The notes: generated by a model not told the origin, from the sequence alone. 64,000 nucleotides of DNA from Camelus dromedarius (GCF_036321535.1 NC_087437.1:75580001-75644000); one strand, 5' to 3'; counted from the stretch's first letter, positions 13,851 through 26,745 are shown. Numbers and translations: made by a program.

Positions 13851-16246
13851 TAGTGGTACTAAGCCACAAAACAGCTTTGTTTATTCTTTAAGCCTGCCCA
13901 GTCTTCTTGGAGGGCTTGTTCTTATATTGGAAATGCAGCTGGAAAGCCTTCCTCCATTTTTGAACCTACCTCCTTTACATCCGCAGCCTTACTCACCATC
14001 TTTCAGGGAAATCCACTTACCTTAAATCACTTTTAATTGGAATGCTGTTCAGCTTTCAGATTAGCCCATTCTCAGAAATATCTTAGGGATGTTAAAAATT
14101 ACCTCCTGTCATTTCACAGATAGTCTGCAAAAGATAAAAGTCAAAGTCAGAAGCCTGGCTATTAATAGTGGTCAACACAGAGCCAGGGATAAATCTTTAA
14201 GATTCTTAAAAGGAAGTATAAAAATGTCTCAACATTCCATTATCTTCAAGCTCTTATTTAACTCCTGAGTCAACCAATGAGCTAGTCCTGCAAAAATACT
14301 AACCCAAATGAACCCCAAAGCCCCTAAGTGACTGAGACAGTTGGAAGAGGGTTTTAGAGTGTAAACTTATACACATGTAGTAAACTACTTCCATCAGGGA
14401 AAAGACCTTTGGAAGCGTTAAACTATCGTGGGTAAATAAATTATTGTGGGTAAATAAAGATTCAGCAGAAATAATCCCTAAGCCTTTTAAAAATGAAATT
14501 TCATTTCAGTGTTTTTTTCCCATCTTTTTTCTGTGCAAAAACATGCAGTGTTGAACAAGTAGCTTTTCCTTTATTTCTTTCATTTTTTTCTGTGCCAGTT
14601 ACTAGGTGACATTTTGTTTTCATCTTTTTCCTTCTCACAATTAAGGGGAAAAAAAAATTCTTCATGTGGTTTTCAAGTCGGGCTACACTAGTATTGTACC
14701 TGGGAAGGAAATGGCTAGGCTCTGGGAGAGCTGTTGTTTTTTTTTTCCCCAATCAAAATACACATGTTGTTGGAGGGTTTCTCATCAGCCAAAAAACAAT
14801 GTTTGACTATTTCATCCTGAGTGCTACATATAACTTTCTGAGAATGTCAGAATATCTTCAAGTGAACATCTCCCTGATTGTTATCAATATACTTGGAAAG
14901 TCTGACACCTTTCTGACAGTCATTTAAAAAGCCACAGATTGCTTGTTGATTAATCAAGGACCATAAAGCATATATCTGAGCTTCCATTTTTCTTCCAATC
15001 CTAAAAAGCTAGGTATCTACCTTGTACTCTGAAAGTTACACAGACATACAATATCCCTCCCCCACATGTGCGGTGGCTGCAGTTGGGATGTATGGGGAAG
15101 AAACGGTTCTAAGGAGGCAAAGAAAAACAATTTGGCAGTGGGGTAGGGTCAATTTTCCCAGTCACTTTTACTAAAAGCAGCTGTTGATGACTTATAGTAG
15201 GCAAACAATGTTATTTAAAAAACAATTCTCAGTGGCCTTCGCCTTTGGGTTATTTTCTACATAAATCAGTTATTTTATGTACTTCTTTGATAAATTGGAA
15301 AAGATATTTTCCCTTCTGATTTGTCTCTTTGACCCTTTATTGATATCAGAAACAGGTTAGGTCTAGACTAATATTAAACTGGAAAGTGTTCCTCTGCCCA
15401 TTTTTCTAACAAAAATATTGCAGATAAATTTCAAACTTGTGCTACGTCAAAAAAAATGGGCTTCTTCTATGTTCTCTAGTAGCAGATACAGGACATCTGT
15501 GATCGATCAAAAATCACAAATACAAACCCATGTTCAACCTCTTGCCACAAATTTTCTTCTCCCAGGAAACCTCCAGCTGCTACCACTTACTTCATTTTCT
15601 ATGTAGCTGATAAGAAACCCGCTTGATACACAAGCCTTTTGTGAAAACTGTGAAGTTGTTGTCAATTATGTTCCCTTTCTTGTATTTTCCAGCTCAATAG
15701 CTGCAGAATGCAGTAGTGACACTGTCTTTAGCCATACTTAGAGCCATGGCACAGGGAAATCTCTCTCAAGATTATCTCCATTACTTTGTTGATTTTTAAC
15801 AAGGAACCCCAAAACTTTATACTGCACATAAGGGGCTTGAAACAGATTAAGCAACAGGGTGTGACTTTAGGATCCTTATTTCTGAGGCAGAACAAATTCT
15901 ACCCCATGCCTCCTTTCTGCTCATCCTCTGCTCTTCTCCCGCCCCACCCACCCCCAACCAACAACTCCTTTCCTAGCCCTGGAGCAACAGCGGGAATTAT
16001 TAACACTCCAAATGTTACAGTATACTGTTAAATCAAATACAGCATTCCTCAGTGAGAGAAAGATTAAGAAAAATAAGAAAACTCTCACTGGAAAGTTTCT
16101 GAGGTAAAGACAAACCTACGATATCGACTATCTTTACAATTGTGAAAACTTTCAATTTTGAGAAGAAAATAAAAAAGATACCAGTGGGGTAGCGTAGCCT
16201 TCAACACTGCGCGTCTTTCTCTCTTTAAGCTTTTAAACGGCTACCA

Positions 16247-16255
16247 GCTGACTCA
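16247..16255. promoter_or_regulatory. AP-1 site TGACTCA with 5' GC (MARE/ARE-like half site)
   Basis: GCTGACTCA reads TGAGTCAGC on the minus strand. Lies at the 5' edge of the CpG island. Confidence 0.4.
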
Positions 16256-16475
16256 GACGCCGGCTCGGGGCCCGTGGTAACCACCGTCCCAAATTCCTCA
16301 ACACTTCTAACGACCACCCAGAAAGCCTGCAGAAAGTCCTTGGCCTGTTCCCGCCACGCCTTTTAAAAGGGAGCGGGAGGCTGCACGGCCCGCCCCGCGA
16401 TGCAGAGGCCACGCCCTAGTGGGCGGGGCTATCTCCTAGCCACCCCCCTCCCCAGAAGGAGGGGGACGGGCGACG

Positions 16476-16483
16476 TGACGTCA
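16476..16483. promoter_or_regulatory. Full palindromic CRE (TGACGTCA), CREB/ATF site
   Basis: Perfect 8-bp CRE inside the CpG island, about 200 bp upstream of the ATG. Confidence 0.7.
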
Positions 16484-16576
16484 TCCAGGAACCCCTCCCT
16501 GGTTGGAGGAAATTTAGAAGAGCGTAGCGGGAGAAGGAGGCGGAGTCCAGTTTCCCTGGTGATGGGTTGCCCGGCG

Positions 16577-16589
16577 GTCGCCTGGTAAC
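16577..16589 (+). promoter_or_regulatory. RFX X-box (GTCGCC-T-GGTAAC)
   Basis: Exact match to GTNRCC-N(0-3)-RGYAAC, about 90 bp upstream of the ATG of a ciliary IFT gene. IFT genes are a known RFX target class. Confidence 0.8.
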
Positions 16590-16676
16590 CGGTCGCGGAG
16601 GTCCTGGCTGCTGCAGCGCAGGCCGCGGAGGTCTCTGGGCACGAACTAACGCTGGGTTCCTTCTGTCTGTTTTATG

Positions 16677-16888
16677 ATGGCTGCCGCCGCGGCAGTGGTC
16701 ACGCCGTCGGGATTGGAGGATGGGGTGTCTCGGTCCCGCGGCGAAGGGGCGGGGGAGGTGGTCGTGGAGCGGGGGCCCGGCGCGGCCTACCACATGTTCG
16801 TGGTGATGGAGGACCTGGTGGAGAAGCTGAAACTGCTCCGCTATGAGGAGGATCTCCTCCGGAAGAACAACCTGAAGCCCCCGTCCAG
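16677..16888 (+). CDS. IFT57: IFT57 coding exon 1 (212 nt; MAAAAAVVTPSGLEDG...LLRKNNLKPPSR)
   Basis: Translation matches the recalled IFT57/HIPPI N-terminus (GPGAAYHMFVVMEDLVEKLKLLRYEE). ATG 16677 has A at -3 and G at +4. An in-frame ATG at 16674 has weaker context. Donor AG|GTGGGT at 16889. Confidence 0.96.
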
Positions 16889-18166
16889 GTGGGTGCTCTC
16901 GTCCCGCAGCGCCCGGGTGCCGGCTTGGCCCTGGGGAGACGCCTTTCTCCGGCCTTGTGGGTAACAGGGAGCGCGGGTTAGCAAGCACTTGCCTCCATCT
17001 TCCCTTCCCACTCAGGAAAGGGCACTTCACCCCAAACTTGGCGACGTAGGGCCGGGCTGCTCACGGAGTTTAGACTTGGTATTTTGGGGGAAAGAGTAAA
17101 GTTTGGGAATTACAGAAAGGACTGGAAGACAGCATGCCTAGAGTACACACGCAGCTCCGTAAAACACAAACTGTTTTTTCTGATTATAAATGAAGGTACT
17201 TATTGTAGAGAACTCAGAAAACACAAGAAAATGTATTTAAAAAAAATACTGCAGTCACTCACAGTCTCATTCCCAAAGATGGAAGAAAGCTTTTTATCAT
17301 TTTAGACTGATCACTAGTTTTTGTTTTCCTCTTCGAGAACCTGCCCCTACAACTGGTAACCATGGACCTTGTTGAGCACTTTATAAGCATGCAGTTCATA
17401 AACTTGTTCACTAATTGCTATGGTTTAAAAGACTTATGCCTTTGCAATAACAGTACTCTCTGAAGCTGAGAAATGGAAAAGACAAATGAAATGACAACTA
17501 TTGGAATTGTATGTCACAGAGCCTAAAGTTCTGCCCTTGTTTTGGGAGGGAAAAAGCCCATCATATCCTGAAGTCACTGGCATTGGTCGCTGAGGGTGGT
17601 GGACAGCTAGCACTTTTCTCTTCCAATCGGCGTAACTTAGTGATAGCCTCATAAATAAGTTTTATAGCTTTCCTAAATGTTAGTACTTAACATTTATTTT
17701 TTGTGTTAATTTTTTGTGTTTATTTAATTGTGCAAGAGGCAATTTAGATTAAGAATCTGTAGTACTTTCTCTTAATGGCTATATCTAGACTCGAATAATT
17801 TCCCTTGACAGTTTGGATCTCATTCCTCGCTCTCTTCTGATGACTTGCATTGGAAGATACGTAGGCTTCATATAAACTTCATATTGCTGTCAGTCCATAA
17901 TATGAGAAAAGTTATATGAAAAAGTAGTGTAGCTTGATCCATGAACAAAATGGTAGGATTGGAAATTATTACTTTAATGAATTGATCAGGATAGTATAAA
18001 CAACCAACATTTTCTATGTAATAAATAGGCAGTTTTTTCTCCAAATATATATTTCAAACTCAAAGAACATGGCCTTGAGATTCTATTGATATAATCTCTG
18101 AAATATTTTGTCAGGAGTTCGGCAGGATACTTTGAGTTATGGGTTTGCGTGGAGATACCCTTGTTT

Positions 18167-18360
18167 AACGGCTCTTAAAAGTGTGGTCATCAGACTAGCA
18201 ACATGTGCAACAACCTGGGAACTTATTACAAATGCAATTCTGCAGGTTCCTTCCTGGGTCTAGTGTATCAGAAATTCTAGGAGTAGGGAGGGCCTAGAAG
18301 TCTGTGTTTTAATAGTACTTCCAGGTGATTTTTGATGCCTGCTAAAGTTGAGAACCGCTG
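18167..18360 (+). mobile_element. MER5A-like hAT-Charlie element
   Basis: aaagtgtggtc...acctgggaactt.ttacaaatgca...atcagaaattct...tctgtgttttaa...ccaggtgatt...aaagttgagaaccgctg. Confidence 0.8.
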
Positions 18361-18805
18361 TCCTCGCTCTGCAGTATCTATCAGTATCCATTCCTCTGTC
18401 TTGGAGTTGTTATCAGCTGATAAGGAAAAGATGAATTGTTAGTGGCGGATGACCATATACTTGAGAGGACTTTGTGGCCTTTTTTTTCTTCCCAGCTTTT
18501 CTTATCTTCCAGAACATTTACACTTTACTGCAGGAAAAAGTTTGGGAAACAGGAAGGAGCAGACTGCTGATTCTTAGGAAAACAGTTATCATAGCTATAG
18601 ATCCAATTATAAACATAATAGTGATAGCTACACATAAAAAAGCAAAATAAGATCTTTTCTCAAACTAACTTGAATGTTGTTGCTAGCAAGTTTTATTCCT
18701 GATATGTTTAGGTAATATCATGTTGATCCTCACAGGACTGTTTTTAGTTGGCTAGCGAGTTTAGCAAAAGTCAACAAATGTTTGTTAGATCGGGGATGTG
18801 ATACG

Positions 18806-18984
18806 CAGCGGTTCTTAATCCTGGCTTTACCTTGGAACTTGGAATCATCTAGGAAGCTTTTGAAACATGCCCATTACTGGAGTACTGATTTAATCCGTTA
18901 GTGAAAAAGCAATGTTTAGTCAGGTTGCAAAATTTTGACGAGTTCTTCAAGTGAGTCAATATGCAGTCAAGATGAGAACAACTG
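18806..18984. mobile_element. MER5-family element (degenerate)
   Basis: cagcggttcttaatcctggct...gaatcatctaggaagcttt...aatatgcagtcaagatgagaacaactg. Confidence 0.6.
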
Positions 18985-19462
18985 TTTAACACAGCGACAG
19001 GTTAGAAACAGTAAGTAAAGGCAACAGTGACACTGTAAAAAATGTAAAAATGCATACTGAGTCATCATTAAGGTCTATTTTTAAAACTCTGAAATTCTCT
19101 TAATTCCAAATTACCTTTTTCAGGAGGTACTCTCTTATTAATTATTCCTGACACATAAATGATTTTGGCCAAAGTTCTACATATGCAATTTTTTTAACAT
19201 GTCCTGCATTTTTATGGATATAAGGTCTTTGATCTAATATTTTGTGTGCAGTAGTAATTGCCCTTCTCCTGTTGATTAAAAACTTTAATGTGAGTGTTGT
19301 GGATTACTAGAAACTTTGAAGAGTGAATTATCAATGTCTTTTGATGTTAAAGTCATTTGGAAAAAAAAAAGTCCTTTGGCAATTTTGGATTTAGCTCCTT
19401 TAGCTACTATAGACTTATTTGCAGTATTTCTTATTCTACCCTCCCCTTTTATTTTGAAACAG

Positions 19463-19625
19463 ACACTACTTTGCACTGCCTACCAACCCAGGGGAACAGT
19501 TCTACATGTTTTGCACTCTTGCTGCTTGGCTGATTAACAAAGCAGGACACCCTTTTGAGCAGCCTCAAGAATATGATGACCCTAATGCAACAATATCTAA
19601 CATATTATCTGAGCTTCGAGCATTT
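19463..19625 (+). CDS. IFT57: IFT57 coding exon 2 (163 nt; HYFALPTNPGEQFYMFCTLAAWLINKAG...SELRAF)
   Basis: Acceptor ttttgaaacAG at 19461-62 and donor GTAAGT at 19626. Phase joins exon 1 (AG+A = Arg). Peptide matches IFT57. Confidence 0.97.
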
Positions 19626-20456
19626 GTAAGTATAAAGAACTCTCTTCTTTTTGCATGTTCTCAAGTTAGGAAATTTTTAGCATAGGTAACCAAGCAACAT
19701 AAATGCTAGCCTTTTGGAAGAATTCTCTGTAAATAACTATCTATATACACAAATACGTACATATATACATATATAGATAATTATATCTAGATTAATTTTC
19801 AGGTAAAATCTCAGAATGATTGATCTTATAACATTAATGCCACTTCTAAAAATGTTTAGTGTACACTCTTTACAGCCAAAAATAATAATATTTTTCTTAG
19901 TCTTGATATGTCTGAGGTGAATTTATGAATACTTAGTTCTCCTTCCAACAAAATGATAAAAAATAAAAGAAACTAGGACACTGAAACAATGTATTAAGGG
20001 AACTTTCATTTAATATGCCACAATAGCGGTTTTTTCATTTCTGACTTTTCCTGGGGACAAGCAGTAAGAACTTTTGGCACGCTCATTATTAATTTTTGAC
20101 AGGTGAATCGCTTCATCCTTCATATGGTTGTTCAACGATATGATATCACCTGAGTAGTTATACAGATTTTTCATCCTAACAAGATCAGTGATTTGTTCTG
20201 CTGTCATGAGGTTATTACCTCTTAATTTGATACCTTTGACAATAAAACATCTTTATTTTCCTTTAGTGTTTATGTACCAATGGATTAAAAGAAGATAAAG
20301 AGATGGATTTCTAAGAAGCAATGTGATTATAGTTATTTTAAATCATATTTAAAGGATGGAGAAGTGATATGCTTATTCAGCAGTACTTTGCTTAAAATAC
20401 TTTGACATTTGCAGTATAAATAGAAAATAATACCCAGTTTATCTTTTGTATTTCAG

Positions 20457-20575
20457 GGAAGAACTGCAGATTTTCCTCCTTCAAAATTAAAATCGGGTTA
20501 TGGAGAGCATGTATGCTATGTTCTTGACTGTTTAGCTGAAGAAGCGTTAAAATATATTGGTTTCACCTGGAAAAG
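20457..20575 (+). CDS. IFT57: IFT57 coding exon 3 (119 nt; GRTADFPPSKLKSGYGEHVCYVLDCLAEEALKYIGFTWKR)
   Basis: Acceptor tttcAG at 20455-56 and donor GTAAAG at 20576. Reading frame is continuous with exon 2. Confidence 0.97.
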
Positions 20576-21488
20576 GTAAAGATTACCCAACCTGGCGTTA
20601 GTAATTCTATGTGCATAGCTTTTTCTTCTAAGGGTTTGGAGCTGTTTAATTGAACTGATAGAAAGTGTTTCCTCTTGACTATTCTAAACTGAAAATGCCA
20701 CAGGTGACTAGAAAATTCAGTACAGACAAAACTGGGATATCTGGTGTCTTCAGAACCATTTCTGATATTGTGCCTTTTTCCAGTTTAAACATATAATTAT
20801 TAAAGTTTTAATTGTAACTGTGTATCCTGGTTAATTTAGGAAATTTTTAAAAAGTTTCTTTGCATATATTTATACAACCAAACATAGTATATATATGAAG
20901 GTAACTGAAAGCTGCAGATTTAAGGAAAAAAATGGAAATTAATATAGTATTTCAAATGGCATCTTCTCCTTTGCTTACAGTGACTTGGCAAGAATAACAC
21001 TGAAGAAGCCACCTGACGCTTTGTTAGACATTGTTCATTACTTCTTTCTCTGATCTAACTGATTTGTTTATATTTCTATTATTGTATTTATCCCATGATA
21101 TTAAAGTCACTTGTTTACAGGTCTGGCTTTCTTGCTAGAAATTATGAAATCTTTGTACTGTATGGTAATTAGCACAGCATTATATATATCATAGATGCTC
21201 AATAAATATTGACCATATGGATGAGGGAATAAAATAACAAGAAACTGTCAATTTGTATAGGTTATAATTAGAAAATATGAATGGAGATTGGGATTATTGA
21301 TAGGTTAGAGATTGTGGAAGGCATTATTCAGGTAAAACATGAAAAGACAATGGTTTTGGATTAGAACTAATTTCTTGGAAATCTGTATATATTATTTGTA
21401 TATTTTAATGTATATTCAGTTACATTCTCTTAGGTAATTAATCTACCCTCTATTAATGAATACTTTTAAAAACTTACTTAGGTCATCA

Positions 21489-21566
21489 TCAGGTTGAGCC
21501 ATATGAAATTACGGATATCCATCTTTTTTTGAGCTAAAAATGTCAATTTCATATATTTCAACCCAA
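21489..21566. mobile_element. MADE2-like mariner MITE (about 80 bp)
   Basis: Imperfect TIRs aggttgagccatatgaaatt ... aatttcatatatttcaaccc. Confidence 0.75.
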
Positions 21567-22249
21567 ACATTACCATTTAGTACAATATGAAGAATGTCTG
21601 CATGATCTACGTTACTCCTTTGTTAGATTCCAGAAAAAGTTATGAGATATGCTACTCCATTTGGCATTTTTTAAATTATTAAATCTATTTCCCAGTGCAT
21701 TCTAAAATCACCAGAAGCCATTAGTATTTCGACCACTATTAAATTTGGTACTTCCTTTGTTTATGGGCATACCTTATTCTTGGCCGTGTATTGTGATTTG
21801 GATAATATATAGGGACCATATGTACATGGAGGGGAAAGAGGGGGAAACATTGAAAATTGAGATTAGAGAAGTTATCAAGTATGTAATATATAAGTTACAT
21901 GGAAGTTGTATGTTTATAGGTGCTTATTTATGTATCTAAATATGCTAAAACAAATCCCAGAAAACATAGAAACCCTAGAAAAACATTGCCTTTAAGATTT
22001 TATCTAGTTCCAATTAGTAAAAAAAAAAAAAAAATAGAAAATCTATTCTTTAAGAAGATTGATCTGGTTTGTAGTACTTTCCTTCCTTAAAATTGAACGT
22101 CAATTTTTGTATTTTATTAACCTGCCTGAGGTATGGATTTTTAAAATAAGTTTCCAGAAATAAACGCAAATACTTTTCAGAATTTTCAATATGGGAAATA
22201 CATGTCATTAATCTTAATGGAGAAATGAGTGTTCAATATGTAGTGTTAG

Positions 22250-23500
22250 GACCACTGATTAGATTCTGGAAATAAGAACAAGCTGGAGCCCTTCCTGTTA
22301 CCTCTATCAAAATAAATTTCAGGTCAAAGATGTAAATGTGAAAAATGAAACTATAGGAGTACTAAAAGACCAAAGGCATTGTGTGAGGAAAGAGCTTTGC
22401 ATATATGTTACTAAAGCTAGAATCCATGCAAGAAAATGTTGCCAAGTCTATGTAATAAGAATTGTAAGGGTCCTCAGTAGCCAAAATTTTAAGTAATAAA
22501 ATAGGAAAGATATTTTTAACACAGCAAAGCATTGATGTTTTTAATATACAAAAGGGCAAAGGGCATAAATAGGCATTTCACTGAAAAAGAAACACGCATA
22601 ACCAATTAAAACATGAAAAGGTATTCAACCACTCCTGTGAAAGAAAAGCAATTAAAGCAAGAATGAGGTTTTTTCACTTAGATGATTAGCAAAGATTAAA
22701 GTTTGTTTACCATATTGATGAATGTGTGGAAATAGAGTCACTGTTGTTGGGAGTGTAAATTAGGGTAACATTTTGGAAGCTGGTTTTGACAATATCAAGC
22801 AAAACAATAAAATACACAAAGTTGTTGATCCAGCCATTCTACTTGTACAGATTTATTTTAAATGATATACATAGATGATAAATGTGTAAGGATGATCTTT
22901 GCAGTATTGTCTAGTAAAGAAACTAGAAATAACCTCAGTGTTCAGCCATAGCTAGTTACATTATGCTGCTGCTCTTCAATGGAATACAGTGCAGGTGTGT
23001 TATAAGAGAGAGAAAGAAAGATGTACAGTTCACCTTTGAATAATGCAGGAGTTAACAGCATCAAAAATCCCCGTATAACTTATTGTCAGCCTTCCTTATA
23101 AGGGCTTCCTCCATATCCAGTTCCACATCTGCAGATTCAACGTACCACAAGTCACATAGTAGTGTATTATTATTGAAAAACATCTGCATGTAAGTAGACC
23201 CACGCAGTTCAAACCCATGTTGTTCAAGGATCAACTGTGTACGTACGTTAATATGGTTTATTAGTAAGGGAAGAAAATAGGCTGGATAACATTTTACATG
23301 GTATCACCCCATTTATGTAAACTTAATATTTCAAATTTGGAGATAAAGATTTTTGCTTCCTTACATAGAAAGCTTCAGGAGGAATACGTGAAACACTTAA
23401 CAGTGATTATGGGAAGGAGGGACAGGTGAAAAAGGACCAGAACTGGCGTAGAGAGGATCCTTAATATTCATATTATGCGTTTTTGTCCTGCTAAAATGTA
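22250..23500 (+). mobile_element. Old L1 3' region (L1M-type), sense orientation, interrupted by a Tigger2-like element
   Basis: A-rich. L1 ORF2 3'-end motifs (acatgaaaaggtattcaacc, ctgttgttgggagtgtaaattag, tgatccagccattctactt). Confidence 0.7.
23026..23237. mobile_element. Second Tigger2/MER8-like MITE
   Basis: TA then CAGTTCACCTTTGAA ... cccacgcagttcaaacccatgttgttcaaggatcaactg. Clearly homologous to the 2868-3108 copy, same orientation. Confidence 0.85.
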
Positions 23501-23542
23501 TTGTTTTTAACTCTCATCTCATGTTAAGCCTTATTGTTTTAG

Positions 23543-23633
23543 ACCAGCATACCCAGTGGAAGAATTAGAGGAAGAAACTGTTGCAGAAGATGATGCAGAA
23601 TTAACATTAAATAAAGTGGATGAAGAATTTGTG
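23543..23633 (+). CDS. IFT57: IFT57 coding exon 4 (91 nt; PAYPVEELEEETVAEDDAELTLNKVDEEFV)
   Basis: Acceptor ttttAG at 23541-42 and donor GTATGT at 23634. Overlaps ORF-track peptide 23556..23744. Confidence 0.97.
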
Positions 23634-26599
23634 GTATGTGTGTTGCTGAACTTTTTGGTCATTTTCACCTTTGAATTCATTTCCCTCCTCTTAATTCCCC
23701 TAAACTTCCATTTTCTGGAATATATTTTATTTCATTGTTCCTAGAGAGTAGAGTGCCTACTATCCATTGTTTAGACCTTTGGTTAAGTTAATGTTCATGT
23801 TCTCTAACGATTGAGGTTTGGATTTTAGCAGAGGTTCTTCAACTATAGACAGGCAGTAGCAGACCATTAGTTATATGGGTAAATATTTTATTCACAACCA
23901 TTCATGATCTTAAATAGGAAGAATTTAGAAGAGAACAGTAGAATTTAGGATTAATACATCCTGCTTCATTAAGAACACTATTCATTTCTCAGGAGCTCCT
24001 TTATGCTTCTAAAATTAGGATAAATACTACTCTGTGGGAACTTTTAAAAATACATATAAGTACCAATATTGTTTAAATTGTTTGGCGCCTCTGGGCTGTG
24101 TCGCATTCTAACATTCTAACCACAGTGTGAAGCTAAATGATCATGTCTCTACAACAGACTAGACTAGTAAAGTGGGAGAGGCAGAGAGCAGCTTCTCACA
24201 ACCAGAGATGGACGAACCCTGGTGTTTTAGGAAGTACACATATGGTTTGAAATTAAAATGGCAGGAAAAAAACTTTATAGTGTATTTTATTGTCATAAAC
24301 CAATTAAATTTTCCAGGTGATTTTTTGAATCAATAGATAATAAGTTTATTCTATATTTCACCTTAAAGCAATTTATGAAGGCACTATATGCCACAAATAA
24401 ATTAATCACTGCCTTATTTTATAGCAAATGCTGAAAATAGCCATTAAATAAATTAGACTATATCCAGACAATAAAATAGTATATAGCCATTAAAAACTGT
24501 TTACCAAGAAATGTTAGTAACATGGGGATGATAACTTATACTGTATGTGTAAGCTCAGCTATGTAAAATGTGCAGAAAAAGAAAAATAGTGTCAATATAT
24601 TAACATTAGTTATATATGGGTAGAAGAATTATGGATGATTATTTTCTTTTCTATGATTCTTTGTATCTTCAAAGGTTTTAATGTGTTTCATCAGCAGTAT
24701 AAATATGTTAAACCATATGTGTAAGAAAAGATGACTGCTATGTATAGAAGGAAAAAATCATTATAAAACTAATCAATTTAAAAGATACCTTTTTTTAATG
24801 TGATAAATTTTTTAAGTTAAGGTAAAGATGTATTCATTCCTGTGTTTACTAAGCACCTGTTTTGTAGCTGGCAATGGGCAAGACCCAGATGGTACTGCAA
24901 GTACAGAAACTGAGGCAAGAAGGAGCTTAGCATGATCAAGGAACTGAGAGAAAACCATTGCGGCCAGGTCTCCTGGGTACAGGGGAAGATGGCTTAAGAT
25001 TAACTGGGAAGACAGACCAGGTCCAGATCATCTGCAGCATTTTTAAGGAGTTTAGACTTCATTCTTTGTGTAATAGATCTTTCCATTCAGGCTCATAAAA
25101 TTTTAAGTCCTCATATATTTTCAGTTGTTCATCTCATTTATTTTACTCAGGTGGTTTCCGCGTCTTGACTTCTTAGTTACTGGTTATTAGTTAATAGTTT
25201 ATCTACCTGGTCTAGTGCATCAACATTTAGCTTTAAAGGCCTGTAACTCAAAACTGCCAGTCAGGAAAAAAAAAGCACAAAAACCTACTAATCAGAAAGA
25301 AAACTCTATGAGGGCAGAAACCCAATTTTGCACATTTTTTGTATCTCTAGTTTATTATGCAGTACCTGCTACATAGTAGATATTCATTAAATATTTGACC
25401 ACAAAATCATCTGCTAGCACATTGCTTGTACTTTCAGAAATTATAACTATTTTTTTTTCTGAAAAACCTTTAAAGTTCAAAGCAGCATTATTGGGTTTGT
25501 CAGTTAGAGAAACAAACTAGAAAGCAGCCTCTTCATATATTTCTTGCCAGCTGTGAGGTAAAGACCTTCTACTGTCATGAGCCCATGCAGAAAGCCTCCC
25601 TCAAAGGGTTACCTCTGAGGGAGTGAGTTCCCTTATGTCATGTCTCTTGAATTGTTTGCTTTCCTTTCTTCCTTACTGTCATCGTATTATTCTAAGGAGC
25701 CCTCTCTTCCCTCTCCCACTCCTCTTGCCAAGGGGAACTGGATCAGTGCCCAAAAGCCTTTGGCTGGTAGAATATTACTTCATTTAGTTGCCAAAGTTTG
25801 TGAGGTAGCTCAGGGATGGTAAGGATCATTTCTGACAGAGCGACGTTCTTCTGTAATCAATTAGAAACTTGAAACCTTCAGTTTCAGGCTGGCCAAATCA
25901 AGATAGGACATGTTGATAACTGGAAAGAAAGAGAGGGAGGGAGGGTGTGAGGACTGGGGTCACAGTGCAGAGTATTCTCACAGAATGTTCTCACAGTATA
26001 TAACCATATCCTTAGTAATTGGCAGTAAGAATTAAGAGGATACATGTTAGGCAAAGAAATGGCAGGAAATTATTGAGTGCCTTCTAAATTACTGAGATTA
26101 AAATTCTCTTAATTTATTTTGAAGCCATTTTTTTCTGACCCTGTTTATGTTCAGATTTTTTAATGTTCTTTTAATAATATTTAGTAATTTAAATCTTTGT
26201 TCTAGTACCTCCTATTAAAGCTTTTTGCCTGTTAGTGTTCAATCCACTACAATTCGACAAGTGTTTATTGAGCACCTATGTAGACTGCACTGATTATGTT
26301 ATTGTAAAAGCATTATAAACTTGTCTCGTCTCTCATGGACATCAAGTCATTGGCATTTCAGACACTTGCTCTGGTTAAGTAAACCATCAGTAGTGCAAAC
26401 ACAGGATAGACTGAGCTGTTTCTCAAAGGTGTGTATCTGCATATATGCTTAAGATTTAAGATGTAAACAGATCAGCTTTGTCTACATCAATATGCCCCAC
26501 TGCCCCCCTCCCTAAAAAAGTAATCACTTGAGTGTATGGAATCAGCGTTTATATTGTTCCATACTTTACTAAAATTTTTCCAGTTCCCCAAAGATTAGC

Positions 26600-26745
26600 A
26601 TAATTCTCATATCTTACCCTAGTGGCCCAACTCCCCAAGTTTCTGAGTAGATCTTGGATGGAGCCTTAAAATGTCCATTTTCACAAGCTCCCAAGTGATG
26701 CTGACACTGACGCTGCTGGTCTGAGAACCACTTCAAGAACCAGTG
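26600..26745. mobile_element. MER5A-like element, opposite orientation to the 18167 copy
   Basis: cattttcacaagctcccaagtgatgctga...gctgctggtctgagaaccacttcaagaaccagtg. Confidence 0.65.

Larger units (their letters stand above)
16190..17070. promoter_or_regulatory. IFT57: CpG island / IFT57 promoter and exon 1
   Basis: Sharp local rise in GC and CpG content against AT-rich flanks. GC boxes CCCGCCCC (16389-16396), CCACGCCC (16409-16416) and GGGCGGGG (16421-16428). Boundaries approximate. Confidence 0.9.

Noticed and set aside
16889..16964. C-terminal extension WVLSSRSARV... of ORF 16674..16964
   Set aside because: Read-through into intron 1 past the GT donor at 16889. IFT57 similarity resumes in exon 2.
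16416..17030. 204-aa antisense ORF across exon 1
   Set aside because: Starts at GTG, has Pro/Arg/Gly-rich composition, and is the expected stop-poor shadow of a CpG island and a sense-strand exon. No recognisable domain.
25596..25623. 12-bp hairpin CTCCCTCAAAGG-GTTA-CCTCTGAGGGAG
   Set aside because: One mismatch in a short stem, too small for a pre-miRNA and plausible by chance in 64 kb.
18167..26745. Oppositely oriented MER5A copies flanking exons 2-4 as a circRNA driver
   Set aside because: The copies are old and visibly diverged from each other, so stable pairing is unlikely.
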